DNA of 64,000 bases from Microbacterium sp. (GCF_017305435.1 NZ_JAFKIP010000008.1:187216-251215); one strand, 5' to 3'. Counted from the stretch's first letter, positions 18,158 through 27,554 are shown. A program made the numbers and translations. Notes: generated by a model from the sequence alone, not told the origin.

Positions 18158-18185
18158 TTGACGTCTTTTTCCACGGATGTAGACT
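18158..18185 (+). promoter_or_regulatory. Putative housekeeping-type promoter of the peptide ABC operon (-35 TTGACG, 16-nt spacer, -10 TAGACT)
   Basis: Hexamers read directly from the sequence. They lie about 100 nt upstream of the SBP ATG at 18286, in an AT-rich island within about 70% GC DNA. Confidence 0.45.
18170..18183. promoter_or_regulatory. Dyad site C2: TCCACGGATGTAGA preceded by TTTTT
   Basis: Occupies the spacer and -10 region of the predicted promoter. The centre-to-centre distance to C1 is 44 bp. Confidence 0.5.
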
Positions 18186-18285
18186 AACCAGCACGGCACA
18201 TCGGAGTGGCGTCGTTTCCGGCTCACGCAGCGGACAGCGAAGCTCCTTCGGACCTTCTTCCCCACCCGCACCGAGAGTAGGAAAC

Positions 18286-19821
18286 ATGGAAAAGAAGTAC
18301 CTCGCGGCGACCGTCGCCGCCCTCGCCGCCGTCACGACCCTGTTGTCCGGTTGTACCGGTGGCGGCGACGCCACCGCCACCGGAGGTGCGACCGCGGAGG
18401 GCCCCGCCGATCTCAAGATCGGGAACTTCCTCGACGTGACGTCCTGGGACCCCTCGCTCGCCGACATCGGCTTCGACGGTCCGTACCTGTCCGCCGTCTA
18501 TGACGCCCTGATCGCCCTCGACAAGGACGGCAACCCGATCCCCTCGCTCGCGACGAAGTGGACGGTCGCCGATGACGACCTGAGCATCGACCTCGACATC
18601 CGCACCGACGCGAAGTTCAGCGACGGCACAGTCGTCGATGCCGACGCCGTCGTGAAGAGCCTCGAATACCTCCAGCAGGGTGCCCGTTCGGGCGAGGCGT
18701 ATACGCACGTCAAGGACTTCGAGAAGGTCGATGACGACACCGTTCGCATCGATCTGACCGAGCGCGACGACACGATCCTCTATTTCATGGGCCTCGGTCG
18801 CAGCTATGTGATGGCGCCGTCGGCGATCGACGCCGGCACCCTCGGCAAGGAGCCGGTCGGGTCAGGCCCGTACACGTTGGATTCGACGACGAGCGTCGCC
18901 GGCTCGGAGTACCACTTCACGAAGGTCGCCGACTACTGGGATGCCGCGACCTACCCGTTCCAGACGCTCGCGATCTTCCCGATCCTGGACGCCACGGCGC
19001 GCCACAACGCCATGCTCTCCGGGCAGATCAACGTCAACTACGGCGACGTGACGAATCTCGATCAGGCGAAGCAGCAGGGCTGGAACATCGCCGAGCGCGT
19101 GTCCGGATGGGTCGGTCTGCAGTTCACCGATCACACCGGCGCGAAGGTCGAGGCCCTCGGCAAGACCGAGGTGCGCCAGGCGCTGAACTACGCATTCGAC
19201 GGCGCGGCGATCCTCCAGGCGGTCGGGTCCGGGGCGGGTGTCGTCACGAACCAGGTCTTCCCCGACGGCGGCGCGACGAACGACGCGAGCCTCAACGACA
19301 TGTACGCGTTCAACGTCGCGAAGGCGAAGGAGCTCCTCGCGGATGCCGGGTACCCGAACGGCTTCTCGGTGACGATGCCGATGTCGCCGATCTTCGCCCA
19401 GTGGCAGCCCTCGGCCGAGCAGGCGCTCACCGACATCGGCGTGACCGTCACGTGGGACCAGATGCAGCAGCCGGACTACCAGCTCAACGCCGCGTCGTAC
19501 CCGATGTTCATCGCGTTCCTCGCGATGGACGGCAACTCGGTCGCGACCGTCGCTCGGCAGGTGACCAGCAAGCAGTGGTTCAACCCCGCGCCCGACTACG
19601 CGTCCTTCCCGGAGGTCGCCTCGATCGTCGACGAGATCAACACGACGACCGGTGACGAGCAGGCCTCGGCGATCGCGGACCTCAACACGAAGCTCACGGA
19701 GCTCGCGTGGTGGTCGGTCTGGTACCAGGCCAACAACACGTACTACAGCGTTCCGGGCATCACGGTGCAGCCGGTGATCGGCATGATGTTCCCGACGCTG
19801 CGCTACATCCAGCACGGCTGA
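18286..19821 (+). CDS. ABC substrate-binding lipoprotein, family 5 (peptide/nickel/opine type)
   Basis: ORF 18286..19821(+), 511 aa. Lipobox LLSGC. Typical family-5 SBP length and sequence character. Confidence 0.9.
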   Translation: MEKKYLAATVAALAAVTTLLSGCTGGGDATATGGATAEGPADLKIGNFLDVTSWDPSLADIGFDGPYLSAVYDALIALDKDGNPIPSLATKWTVADDDLSIDLDIRTDAKFSDGTVVDADAVVKSLEYLQQGARSGEAYTHVKDFEKVDDDTVRIDLTERDDTILYFMGLGRSYVMAPSAIDAGTLGKEPVGSGPYTLDSTTSVAGSEYHFTKVADYWDAATYPFQTLAIFPILDATARHNAMLSGQINVNYGDVTNLDQAKQQGWNIAERVSGWVGLQFTDHTGAKVEALGKTEVRQALNYAFDGAAILQAVGSGAGVVTNQVFPDGGATNDASLNDMYAFNVAKAKELLADAGYPNGFSVTMPMSPIFAQWQPSAEQALTDIGVTVTWDQMQQPDYQLNAASYPMFIAFLAMDGNSVATVARQVTSKQWFNPAPDYASFPEVASIVDEINTTTGDEQASAIADLNTKLTELAWWSVWYQANNTYYSVPGITVQPVIGMMFPTLRYIQHG

Positions 19822-19888
19822 TGTCCAGGAGGTGGCGGGCTCCGCCCGCCACCTCCCCGGCCCGGTTCCCACCCCCGATTGGACCCCG

Positions 19889-20830
19889 ATGATCCTGTTC
19901 ACCCTCAAGCGGCTGCTGAGCGGCGTCGTGCTGCTGGTGGCCGTGTCCGTGGCGACGTTCTTCCTCGCGCACACCGCGATCTCAGACCCCACCGCGGCGC
20001 TCCTGGGCACCTCCGCGAGCCCCGAGCAGCAGGCGGCGCTGGCGCAGAAGATCGGCATCGACCGGCCGCTGCTCGTGCAGTTCTGGGACTGGTTCTCGCA
20101 TCTGCTGATGGGCGACTTCGGTGTCTCCTGGCGCAACTTCCAGCCCGTCGGAGCGCAGCTCGCCATCAAGGTCCCGGTGACCCTGTCGGTCGTGACCGCC
20201 GCGACGATCATCACCGCGGTCGTCGGAACCGCGTTCGGTCTCATCGCGGGGCTCCGCCCCGGCGGATGGTTCGACCGCATCACGAAGGCGATCTCGGTCG
20301 TCCTGTTCGCGCTGCCCGGGTTCTGGGTGAGCCTCGTGCTCGTCATCTGGTTCGCGATCGATCTGAAGTGGTTCCCGGCGGTCGGGTACGTCCCGCCGAC
20401 GCAGTCCGTCGTCGGCTGGCTCGGGTCGATCACGCTGCCGTCGGTGGCGCTGGCGCTCGGAGGCATCGTCGCCGTCGCAGAGCAGCTGCGCAACGCCGTC
20501 CTGGCATCCAAGCGCCAGGACTACGTGCGAACGCTTCGCAGCCGGGGGCTGAGCGGGCCGCGGGTCACCGTGCACATCCTGCGGAACTCCTCACCGGCCG
20601 CGCTCACCGTCCTCGCCCTCATGTTCGTGGGGCTCCTCTCCGGAGCGATCGTGGTGGAGGCCATCTTCAGCCTCCCCGGCATCGGTCAGCTGACCCAGGC
20701 GTCGTCGCAGAACGGCGACATCCCGATGCTCCTCGGCATCACGGTCGTCTCCATCGTCTTCGTCGTCATCGTCAACCTCCTCCTCGACCTCGTGCTCGGC
20801 TGGATCAACCCGAAGGTGCGCGTGTCATGA
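19889..20830 (+). CDS. ABC permease (DppB/OppB-like)
   Basis: ORF 19832..20830(+) trimmed to ATG 19889 (MILFTLKRLLSGVVLL..., the canonical DppB-type N-terminus). Confidence 0.85.
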   Translation: MILFTLKRLLSGVVLLVAVSVATFFLAHTAISDPTAALLGTSASPEQQAALAQKIGIDRPLLVQFWDWFSHLLMGDFGVSWRNFQPVGAQLAIKVPVTLSVVTAATIITAVVGTAFGLIAGLRPGGWFDRITKAISVVLFALPGFWVSLVLVIWFAIDLKWFPAVGYVPPTQSVVGWLGSITLPSVALALGGIVAVAEQLRNAVLASKRQDYVRTLRSRGLSGPRVTVHILRNSSPAALTVLALMFVGLLSGAIVVEAIFSLPGIGQLTQASSQNGDIPMLLGITVVSIVFVVIVNLLLDLVLGWINPKVRVS

Positions 20831-22707
20831 CCGCAACGACCCTGACCGGGGCCATCGACCCCGAACGCGCGCGCCGTGGCGGGCTGCTGGGGCGCTTCCT
20901 CCGACGCCCCGCGGGCCTCATCCCGCTCGTCATCTTCGTGCTCATCGTGCTCGTCGCCGTCTTCGCGCCCCTCCTCGCTCCGCACGACCCGGCCTTCGTC
21001 GACCTCTCCATCGCCAAGGCGCCCCCGAGCGCGGCGCACCCGCTGGGCGGCGACTCCACCGGTCGCGACATCCTCAGCCGGCTCATCTTCGGCACCCGCA
21101 TCACCCTGTGGGGCGCGCTCGTCACGATCATCACCGCCCTCGTCGCAGGCGTTCCCGCCGGCGTCGTCGCCGGGTACTTCGGCGGCGTGTTCGACCGGAT
21201 CTCCACGTGGGTCAGCGACGCCCTGCAGTCGATCCCCGGCATGATCATCCTGCTCGTCGTCGCGGCGGGCACGCGGTCGAACTTCGTCCTGCTCATGATC
21301 ACGGTCGGTGTCTTCATGGCGCCGGGCTACTTCCGGATCGCCCGCTCCACGACGATCGCGGTGCGTGCCGAGCCGTACATCGATGCCGCTCGCGTGTCCG
21401 GCCTCGGCAACGCGCGCATCCTCGGTGCGCACATCATCCGCTCCGTGTACGCGCCGGTCATCATCCAGACGGCGCTCACGGCCGGCATCGCGATGGGCAT
21501 CCAGGCGGGCCTCCAGTTCCTCGGCATCGGCGATGCGAACACGCCCAGCTGGGGCGCCATGATGAACGAAGGCTTCCGGCTGATGCTGTCGAACCCGCTC
21601 ATCCTGTTGTGGCCGTCGGCGGCGCTCGGCATCACGATCGCGGTGCTCGCCGTCATGGGGTCGACACTCGCCGAGCTCGTCCAGGTCCGCACGCCCGAAG
21701 CGAAGAAGGACCGGGCGCTGGCCCGACGCGCCCGCCGCGGCGCCGCCGGAGTCGCCATCGTGACGGAGGAGGAGGTCCGGCCGCAGCCCGTGACGCTCTC
21801 CACGGGGACGCTTCGCCACATCGCGGAGAGCTCCGCCGCGCGCATCGAGAATCTCCGCGTCACGTACGACACGCCCGCCGGGCTCGTCGAAGTCGTGCAC
21901 GGGATCTCCCTCGACGTCGGTGCCGGCGAAGTCGTGGGGATCGTCGGCGAATCCGGCTCGGGCAAGTCCCAGACGGTCTTCTCCGTGCTCGATCTGCTCC
22001 CCGAGGGCGGCAACGCCCACGCGGACGGCATCTGGGTCGGCGGCAAGGACGTCACGCGGCTCGACCGGCGCCGTCGCCACGCACTGCTCGGCCGCGAGAT
22101 CGGCTACATCCCGCAGGAGCCGATGTCGAACCTCGACCCGTCGTACACGATCGGCCATCAGCTCGTCGAGCCGCTGCGCAGCGTCCACGGGATGCCGCGC
22201 GCGCAGGCGCGGACGCTCGCGCGCGACATGCTCGTGCGCGTCGGGATCGTCGATCCCGACCGCGTCCTGCGGAGCTACCCGCACCAGATCTCCGGCGGCA
22301 TGGCCCAGCGCGTTCTGATCGCCGGGGCGATCGCCGGCAAGCCGTCGCTGCTCGTCGCCGACGAACCCACGACAGCGCTCGACGTCACGGTTCAGGCCGA
22401 GGTCCTCGAGCTGCTGCGCGAGCTGCAGCAGGAGTATGGCATGGCCCTGCTCATCGTGACGCACAACTTCGGCGTCGTCGCCGACATCTGCGACCGGGTC
22501 GTCGTCATGCGGCACGGCGACGTCATCGAGGAGGGCATCGTCGACGACCTGTTCGCCCATCCCGCCGAGGACTACACGCGCGCGCTCATCGACGCATCGC
22601 TGGATGCCGCGGAGGGCCGCGCCGAGCTCGACGCGCGCTGGCGCGGCGACCCGGCATCCAGTGCTCCCGTCGCGTCCGCGACGACGTCCACGGAGGTGAA
22701 GGCATGA
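20827..22707 (+). CDS. Fused ABC permease (DppC-like) and ATP-binding domain (DppD-like)
   Basis: ORF 19879..22707(+) trimmed to ATG 20827 (ATGA overlap). The N-terminal half has about 6 TM segments. The C-terminal half has Walker [10 protein letters not shown], signature ISGGMAQRV and Walker B LLVADEPT. It is one continuous frame. Confidence 0.88.
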   Translation: MTATTLTGAIDPERARRGGLLGRFLRRPAGLIPLVIFVLIVLVAVFAPLLAPHDPAFVDLSIAKAPPSAAHPLGGDSTGRDILSRLIFGTRITLWGALVTIITALVAGVPAGVVAGYFGGVFDRISTWVSDALQSIPGMIILLVVAAGTRSNFVLLMITVGVFMAPGYFRIARSTTIAVRAEPYIDAARVSGLGNARILGAHIIRSVYAPVIIQTALTAGIAMGIQAGLQFLGIGDANTPSWGAMMNEGFRLMLSNPLILLWPSAALGITIAVLAVMGSTLAELVQVRTPEAKKDRALARRARRGAAGVAIVTEEEVRPQPVTLSTGTLRHIAESSAARIENLRVTYDTPAGLVEVVHGISLDVGAGEVVGIVGESGSGKSQTVFSVLDLLPEGGNAHADGIWVGGKDVTRLDRRRRHALLGREIGYIPQEPMSNLDPSYTIGHQLVEPLRSVHGMPRAQARTLARDMLVRVGIVDPDRVLRSYPHQISGGMAQRVLIAGAIAGKPSLLVADEPTTALDVTVQAEVLELLRELQQEYGMALLIVTHNFGVVADICDRVVVMRHGDVIEEGIVDDLFAHPAEDYTRALIDASLDAAEGRAELDARWRGDPASSAPVASATTSTEVKA

Positions 22708-23546
22708 CCGCGCCGCTGCTGCAGGTGGAGGATCTCGTCGTCGAGTACGGCCGGGGCAGGCACGGCTTCCGCGCCCTGCACGGGGTCTCGCTCGAGATCG
22801 CCTCGGGGGAGTGCCTGGGTCTCGTGGGCGAGTCGGGCTCTGGGAAGTCGACGCTCGGCAAGGCGGTCCTGGGGCTCGCGCCCGTGGCATCGGGCGCCAT
22901 CCGCTTCGACGGGGAGGAGATCACGCACGCGCGCGGGGCGCGGAGACGTGCGCTCGCCGCCGACGTGCAGGTCGTCTTCCAGGATCCGTACGGCTCGCTC
23001 GACCCGGCCATGACGATAGGTGACATCCTCGCCGAGCCGCTCACCGCCGCGGGTGTCGGGACGCGCGAAGCGCGCGGCCGCGTCGCCGAGATGCTCGACC
23101 GGGTGCGGCTGCCGCTGACCGCCGCCGAGCGGTACCCGAGCGAGTTCTCCGGCGGGCAGCGGCAGCGCATCGCGATCGCGCGCGCACTCGTGCGGCGTCC
23201 GCGCCTCATCGTCTGCGACGAGCCCGTGAGCGCCCTCGACCTCACGACGCAGGCCACGATCATCGACCTGTTCATCGAGCTGCAGCGCGACACGGGCGTG
23301 AGCTATCTCTTCGTCTCGCACGACCTCGGCGTCGTGCGGCGCATCTGTCACCGCGTCGCCGTCATGTATCGCGGCGAGATCGTCGAGACCGGAGACGGGG
23401 AGCAGGTCACGCGCGCCCCCGCGCATCCCTATTCGGAGCGGCTGCGGCTGGCCTCGCCCGTCGCCGATCCTGCGCTCCAGCGACAGCGACGTCAGGACTG
23501 GCTGGCGATTCGGGAGGTGCCGGGTGTCACCGCGCCGGTACGGTAG
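22704..23546 (+). CDS. ABC ATP-binding protein (DppF/OppF-like)
   Basis: ORF 21108..23546(+) trimmed to ATG 22704 (ATGA overlap). [25 protein letters not shown]. Confidence 0.9.
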   Translation: MTAPLLQVEDLVVEYGRGRHGFRALHGVSLEIASGECLGLVGESGSGKSTLGKAVLGLAPVASGAIRFDGEEITHARGARRRALAADVQVVFQDPYGSLDPAMTIGDILAEPLTAAGVGTREARGRVAEMLDRVRLPLTAAERYPSEFSGGQRQRIAIARALVRRPRLIVCDEPVSALDLTTQATIIDLFIELQRDTGVSYLFVSHDLGVVRRICHRVAVMYRGEIVETGDGEQVTRAPAHPYSERLRLASPVADPALQRQRRQDWLAIREVPGVTAPVR

Positions 23547-23599
23547 CACGGGAGCCCCGGCGGTTCCCGGGGGTTCGGAAAGCAGGGTGGAGACCTCGG

Positions 23600-24184
23600 A
23601 TGCCGAAGATCATCGATCACGACGAGCGACGACGCGAGATCGTGGAGGTCGCCAAGCGGATCATCCTGAAGGGTGGGTTCGAGGCGGCGACGATGCGCTC
23701 GATCGCGACCGAGGCGGGCTTCGCCAACGGCGCGCTCAAGCACTACTTCCCGGGGAAGGAGTCGATCGTCGCGGCGACCTTCGAATCGATCCTCGCCGGC
23801 ATGGAGGACGCGGTGGCGGCGGCTCCCGCGGCCGAGCCGGGCGTGCAATTGGAGCATTTCCTGCGCACGCCCATGCCGCGGACCGAGGAGGAGATCGCGA
23901 GCGGGCGGGTGCTCCTGGCCCTCTGGGAGTATGCGATGTCCAACGAGGAGCTCGCGGCGCTGTACCGCGCGTTCCTGCAGCGCTGGCGCGATTCGTTCAC
24001 GGAGTACATGAGCGCCGCGCGGGACGCGGGGGCGATCTCCGTCGACGCGCCGTACGACCGCCTCGCCACGGAGTACATGTCCGTGGTGATCGGTGCGACG
24101 GTCGTGAACCTGATGTTCTCGAACGGCAGTCGCATCGCCGACTTCGACGAGTACCTCGACAGCTTCCTGGCGCGCATGCGGTGA
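23600..24184 (+). CDS. TetR/AcrR family transcriptional regulator (TetR-2)
   Basis: ORF 23600..24184(+), 194 aa. MPKIIDHDERRREIVEVAKRIILKGGFEAATMRSIATEAGFANGALKHYFPGKES. By hand alignment, about 40 of the first 60 residues are identical to TetR-1. Confidence 0.9.
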   Translation: MPKIIDHDERRREIVEVAKRIILKGGFEAATMRSIATEAGFANGALKHYFPGKESIVAATFESILAGMEDAVAAAPAAEPGVQLEHFLRTPMPRTEEEIASGRVLLALWEYAMSNEELAALYRAFLQRWRDSFTEYMSAARDAGAISVDAPYDRLATEYMSVVIGATVVNLMFSNGSRIADFDEYLDSFLARMR

Positions 24185-24218
24185 GCGCGGCGCGCCCCTT
24201 CCGAAGGGACGACGCCGC

Positions 24219-24956
24219 ATGACTCTCCTCGCACCCGCCGTGCGCCGCACCGTGGCCACGGGCGAGTGTTCGGGACCCGCCGTGGTGCTGCTCCACGGCT
24301 TCGCCTCCCGCGGTGATCTCGATTGGCCGGATGCCGCGTGGGCGGAGCCCTTCGCCGCATCCGGGCGTGACGTGCTCGTCGTCGACCTGCCGGGCCACGG
24401 CGACGCCGCCCGCCCCCTCGGAGCGCCCGCACCGACGAGTGCGGTGATCGCTGCGCTCGCCGATCTCGCCCGAGCCGAGGGGGAGATCGATCTCGTCGGC
24501 TACTCCCTGGGCGCGCGGCTCGCGTGGGACCTCGCGCAGGCTCCGGGCGTCCGCGTACGACGACTCGTCCTCGGCGGCCTCAGCCCCGTCGAGCCGTTCG
24601 GGATGGTCGACGTGGCGGCGGCGCGCACTGCCGTCGCGACCGGTTCCCCGGTGGACGACCCCCTCACCGGGATGATCACGGCGATGGCGACGGCCCCCGG
24701 CAACGACCCGACCGCTCTCCTCGAGATCGTGGAGGGGTTCGCCTCGGAGCCGTTCGACCCCGACGCGGGCGCGCCCGCCGTGCCGACGCTCATGATCGCC
24801 GGCGTCGACGACCCCATGGCGCAGGGGGTCGACGACCTCGCGGTGCGGATCGCCGACGAATCCGTCGTGCTCCTCGAGCGCGTCCCGGGCGACCATGTCG
24901 CCGCGCTGCACTCGCCGGAGCTGCGCGCGGCCGTGCAGCGCTTCCTCGCCGGCTGA
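24219..24956 (+). CDS. Alpha/beta fold hydrolase
   Basis: ORF 24219..24956(+), 245 aa. HGF oxyanion region, nucleophile elbow GYSLG, C-terminal GDH. RBS GAAGGGA. Confidence 0.85.
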   Translation: MTLLAPAVRRTVATGECSGPAVVLLHGFASRGDLDWPDAAWAEPFAASGRDVLVVDLPGHGDAARPLGAPAPTSAVIAALADLARAEGEIDLVGYSLGARLAWDLAQAPGVRVRRLVLGGLSPVEPFGMVDVAAARTAVATGSPVDDPLTGMITAMATAPGNDPTALLEIVEGFASEPFDPDAGAPAVPTLMIAGVDDPMAQGVDDLAVRIADESVVLLERVPGDHVAALHSPELRAAVQRFLAG

Positions 24957-24999
24957 CGCGTCCGCACGCGCCGACGACGGCGCCCCTCGTTCTTTATTT

Positions 25000-25013
25000 T
25001 CAACAAACGTAGA
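25000..25013. promoter_or_regulatory. Dyad site D: TCAACAAACGTAGA flanked by TTTATTT and TGAAAC
   Basis: Lies in the 81-bp gap between the alpha/beta hydrolase and the O-methyltransferase, ending 24 nt before the OMT ATG. It shares CAAACGTAGA..AAACAC with site B. Confidence 0.45.
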
Positions 25014-25037
25014 TGAAACACCCAGGAAAGGCATCCC

Positions 25038-26021
25038 ATGACCACCACTCCCGACGCCGGCCGCATCCTCGAGATCGCGACGGGCTACATGGCCGCGAAG
25101 CAGCTGTTCGAATCGAGCCGGATCGGCCTGTTCGCGGCGCTCGCCGACGGATCGCAGGATGCCGCGGGCATCGCCGCGGCGACGGGGGTGAGCGAGCGCA
25201 TGGCGCGCATCCTCGCCGACGCGATGGCGGCGAAGGGGCTGCTCGTCCGCTCCGCGGGCACCTACGCGCTCGCGCCCGATGCTGCGGCCTACCTCACGGG
25301 CACCGCCGCAGAACTCGATCTCGCTCCGTTCCTCACGTTCCTCTCCGAGATCAGCTACCCCCACTGGCTGCAGTTCGGGCACACCGTCGATACGACCGAA
25401 CCCGGTGATCTGCAGATGGACGACGAGCGCTGGGCGACGTTCATGGCCGGCGTGATGACCTACAACCTTCTGCACGGTCAGGAGTTCGGGCGTCTCGTCG
25501 ACCTCGCCGGGGCGACGAACGCGCTCGACTTCGGCGGGCTGTCGGCCGCGTTCGCCATCGGTGCCATGCGGGCGAACCCGGGGCTGCGCACGACGTTTCT
25601 CTACGCCCCGGGTTTCGAGGACGGCATCGCCGACGCCATCGCCGAGGCCGGGCTCGCCGATCGGGCGACAGTCGAGGTCGGCGACACGGCGACGGCGACG
25701 CCGCAGGGCTCGTACGATGCGGTCTTCGCGAACCATGTCATCCACCGCTTCACGGCCGAGGAGAACCGCGGCATCTTCGCGCACCTGCGCGCCGCGGCCG
25801 TGCCGGGCGCGACGCTGACGGTCCTCGACTTCTTCCTCGACGACGACGCCGAGCAGCGCGCGCTCGACGCTCTCCACGCGGGCGAGTACCTCGTGATCGA
25901 TGGCACGGTCGTCTACCCCGAATCCGAGGTGCGTGCCTGGCTGACCGACGCCGGGTGGGACGTGCGCGAGAAGATCGCGCTGCCGGGGAGCCCGCGGGTC
26001 CTGGTCGCGACCGCGGTCTGA
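25038..26021 (+). CDS. SAM-dependent O-methyltransferase (class I, with N-terminal dimerisation domain)
   Basis: ORF 25038..26021(+), 327 aa. N-terminal winged-helix-like dimerisation region, then the SAM motif LDFGGL and a downstream acidic loop. RBS AGGAAAGG. Confidence 0.82.
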   Translation: MTTTPDAGRILEIATGYMAAKQLFESSRIGLFAALADGSQDAAGIAAATGVSERMARILADAMAAKGLLVRSAGTYALAPDAAAYLTGTAAELDLAPFLTFLSEISYPHWLQFGHTVDTTEPGDLQMDDERWATFMAGVMTYNLLHGQEFGRLVDLAGATNALDFGGLSAAFAIGAMRANPGLRTTFLYAPGFEDGIADAIAEAGLADRATVEVGDTATATPQGSYDAVFANHVIHRFTAEENRGIFAHLRAAAVPGATLTVLDFFLDDDAEQRALDALHAGEYLVIDGTVVYPESEVRAWLTDAGWDVREKIALPGSPRVLVATAV

Positions 26022-26029
26022 CCGCGACG

Positions 26030-26066
26030 GGAAGAGGGCGGATGCCGGCGGCATCCGCCCTCTTCC
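26030..26066. terminator. GC-rich hairpin between the convergent O-methyltransferase and amidohydrolase-2 genes
   Basis: GGAAGAGGGCGGATGCC-ggc-GGCATCCGCCCTCTTCC, a stem of about 16-17 bp starting 9 nt after the OMT stop. There is no U-tract on either strand. Confidence 0.5.
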
Positions 26067-26119
26067 GCGGTCTGCAGGTCTACGGGATCTGCAGGATCTG
26101 TGCGGACTGCGATTGCGAT

Positions 26120-27523
26120 TCAGGCGGTCGCTTCGGCCGCGACCGCCTCGGCGTCCACGTCCGGAGTGGTCCCGCGTTCGAAGACGATGCGCCCACCGAC
26201 GACGGTGGCGTCGACGTCGATGCCGGCGACGCGCGTGCCGGGGTCGAGCGGGTCGGCGGACAGGACGCACAGGTCGCCGACGAAGCCGGCGGAGAGCGTG
26301 CCCTTCCACTCCGAGGCGCCGTCCTGGCGCGCGGCATCCACCGTCATGCGGCGCACGAGGGCGCGGCGCGATGCCGTCGAGTCGGCGATGCCGGCCTCGC
26401 TCAGGAGCCGGACGGCGGCGTCGACGCTCGCCCGCCAGTCCGGCGTCGCGATGGGGGCGTCGCTCGTGACGGTCGTGAGGATGCCGCGATCGATCATCCG
26501 CGCGAGCGGCCACGCCCGCGCCGCGCGCTCCGCACCCAGGGTGCCGCTCGCCCAGGCGTGGGTGAACGCGGCGATGAGGGGCTGCACGGCGGCGCCGACG
26601 CCGATTGCGCGCATCCGCTCGATGAGGTCGTCGAACGCGAGGTCGGCGTGCACGACGTAGTGCGGGTGCCGGCGCGGCCCGGCGTCCGCCTCCTCCAGGA
26701 CGCTCAGGAACTCCGCGATCGAGCGGTCACCCGTCGCGTGCACCGCGACCTGCAGATCGGCGTCGTGAGCGAGGCGCACCATCTGCCGGAAGGCGTCGAG
26801 CGCGCCGTCCGGGCCGCGCGTCAGGAGGGCGCCGGAGCTGCCGTCGGCGTAGGGCTCGCGGACCCACGCGGTGCGCATCGGCGGGATGCCGTCGGCGAAG
26901 ATCTTCACGCCGGGGATGCAGAGCCACCGGTCATCGGTCGCGGGGGCGGGGGCCTGGATGCCGGTCCGGAACGCCTCGAGATCGCCCTCGCCGTCGATCG
27001 TCCCGAACAGGCGGAGGAGCGTCACGCGGCTCGTCTGCACACCTTCGCGGTGCAGGTCGAGGTAGGTGTCGAGCATGGACGTGCCGAAGCATCCGGTCGG
27101 TCCGCCGTCCTCGCCCGGTCCGATGCCTGGTTCGGTGTAGCTCGTGATCCCGAGCGAGGCGAGCAGCCGCCAGGCGCGCTGCAGCGCTGCCCGCCGCTCG
27201 CGGTTCGTCGTGACGAGGGGGCCGCTGTCCTCATCGTGCGAGGCCTCGTGGTCGCCGAAGAACAGTGCGGGCCAGCGGGCGCCGAGCCATGCGGCGTGGA
27301 GGTGCGCGTCGTTGATGCCCGGGAGCACGGTGCGCCCGTCGAGGTCGATCACACGCCTCGCGCGCGGCGCCAGCGTGCGCGCGTCGTCGTCGTGGGCGAC
27401 GACGAGGCCGTCTCGGATCGCGATCGACGAGGCCGCGGTCGCGGCATCGTCGAACAGGTGGATGCGGCCGCCGGTCAGGACGAGATCGGCGGGGGCGTCC
27501 GCTGTCGCCAGCGCGTCTGTCAC
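26120..27523 (-). CDS. Amidohydrolase family 3 (YtcJ-like), second paralog
   Basis: ORF 26120..27664(-) trimmed to the GTG (VTDALATADAPADLVLTGG...) preceded by GGGAGG. The start was placed by ORF-track phase arithmetic. Motifs PGINDAHLH and VHATGD. Confidence 0.85.
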   Translation of the reverse strand: MTDALATADAPADLVLTGGRIHLFDDAATAASSIAIRDGLVVAHDDDARTLAPRARRVIDLDGRTVLPGINDAHLHAAWLGARWPALFFGDHEASHDEDSGPLVTTNRERRAALQRAWRLLASLGITSYTEPGIGPGEDGGPTGCFGTSMLDTYLDLHREGVQTSRVTLLRLFGTIDGEGDLEAFRTGIQAPAPATDDRWLCIPGVKIFADGIPPMRTAWVREPYADGSSGALLTRGPDGALDAFRQMVRLAHDADLQVAVHATGDRSIAEFLSVLEEADAGPRRHPHYVVHADLAFDDLIERMRAIGVGAAVQPLIAAFTHAWASGTLGAERAARAWPLARMIDRGILTTVTSDAPIATPDWRASVDAAVRLLSEAGIADSTASRRALVRRMTVDAARQDGASEWKGTLSAGFVGDLCVLSADPLDPGTRVAGIDVDATVVGGRIVFERGTTPDVDAEAVAAEATA

Positions 27524-27540
27524 AGTGCCTCCCTGATTAT

Positions 27541-27554
27541 TCCACCAGCGTAGA
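27541..27554. promoter_or_regulatory. Dyad site E: TCCACCAGCGTAGA flanked by ATTATT and CGAAAAGG
   Basis: Begins about 18 nt upstream of the GTG start of amidohydrolase-2 (minus strand). The minus strand reads TTTTCGTCTACGCTGGTGGAATAAT. Confidence 0.45.

Noticed and set aside
20827-22707. Permease-ATPase fusion as a possible frameshift artefact or pseudogene.
   Set aside because: It is a single uninterrupted frame with intact TM region and intact Walker A, signature and Walker B motifs. DppC-DppD type fusions are common in Actinobacteria.
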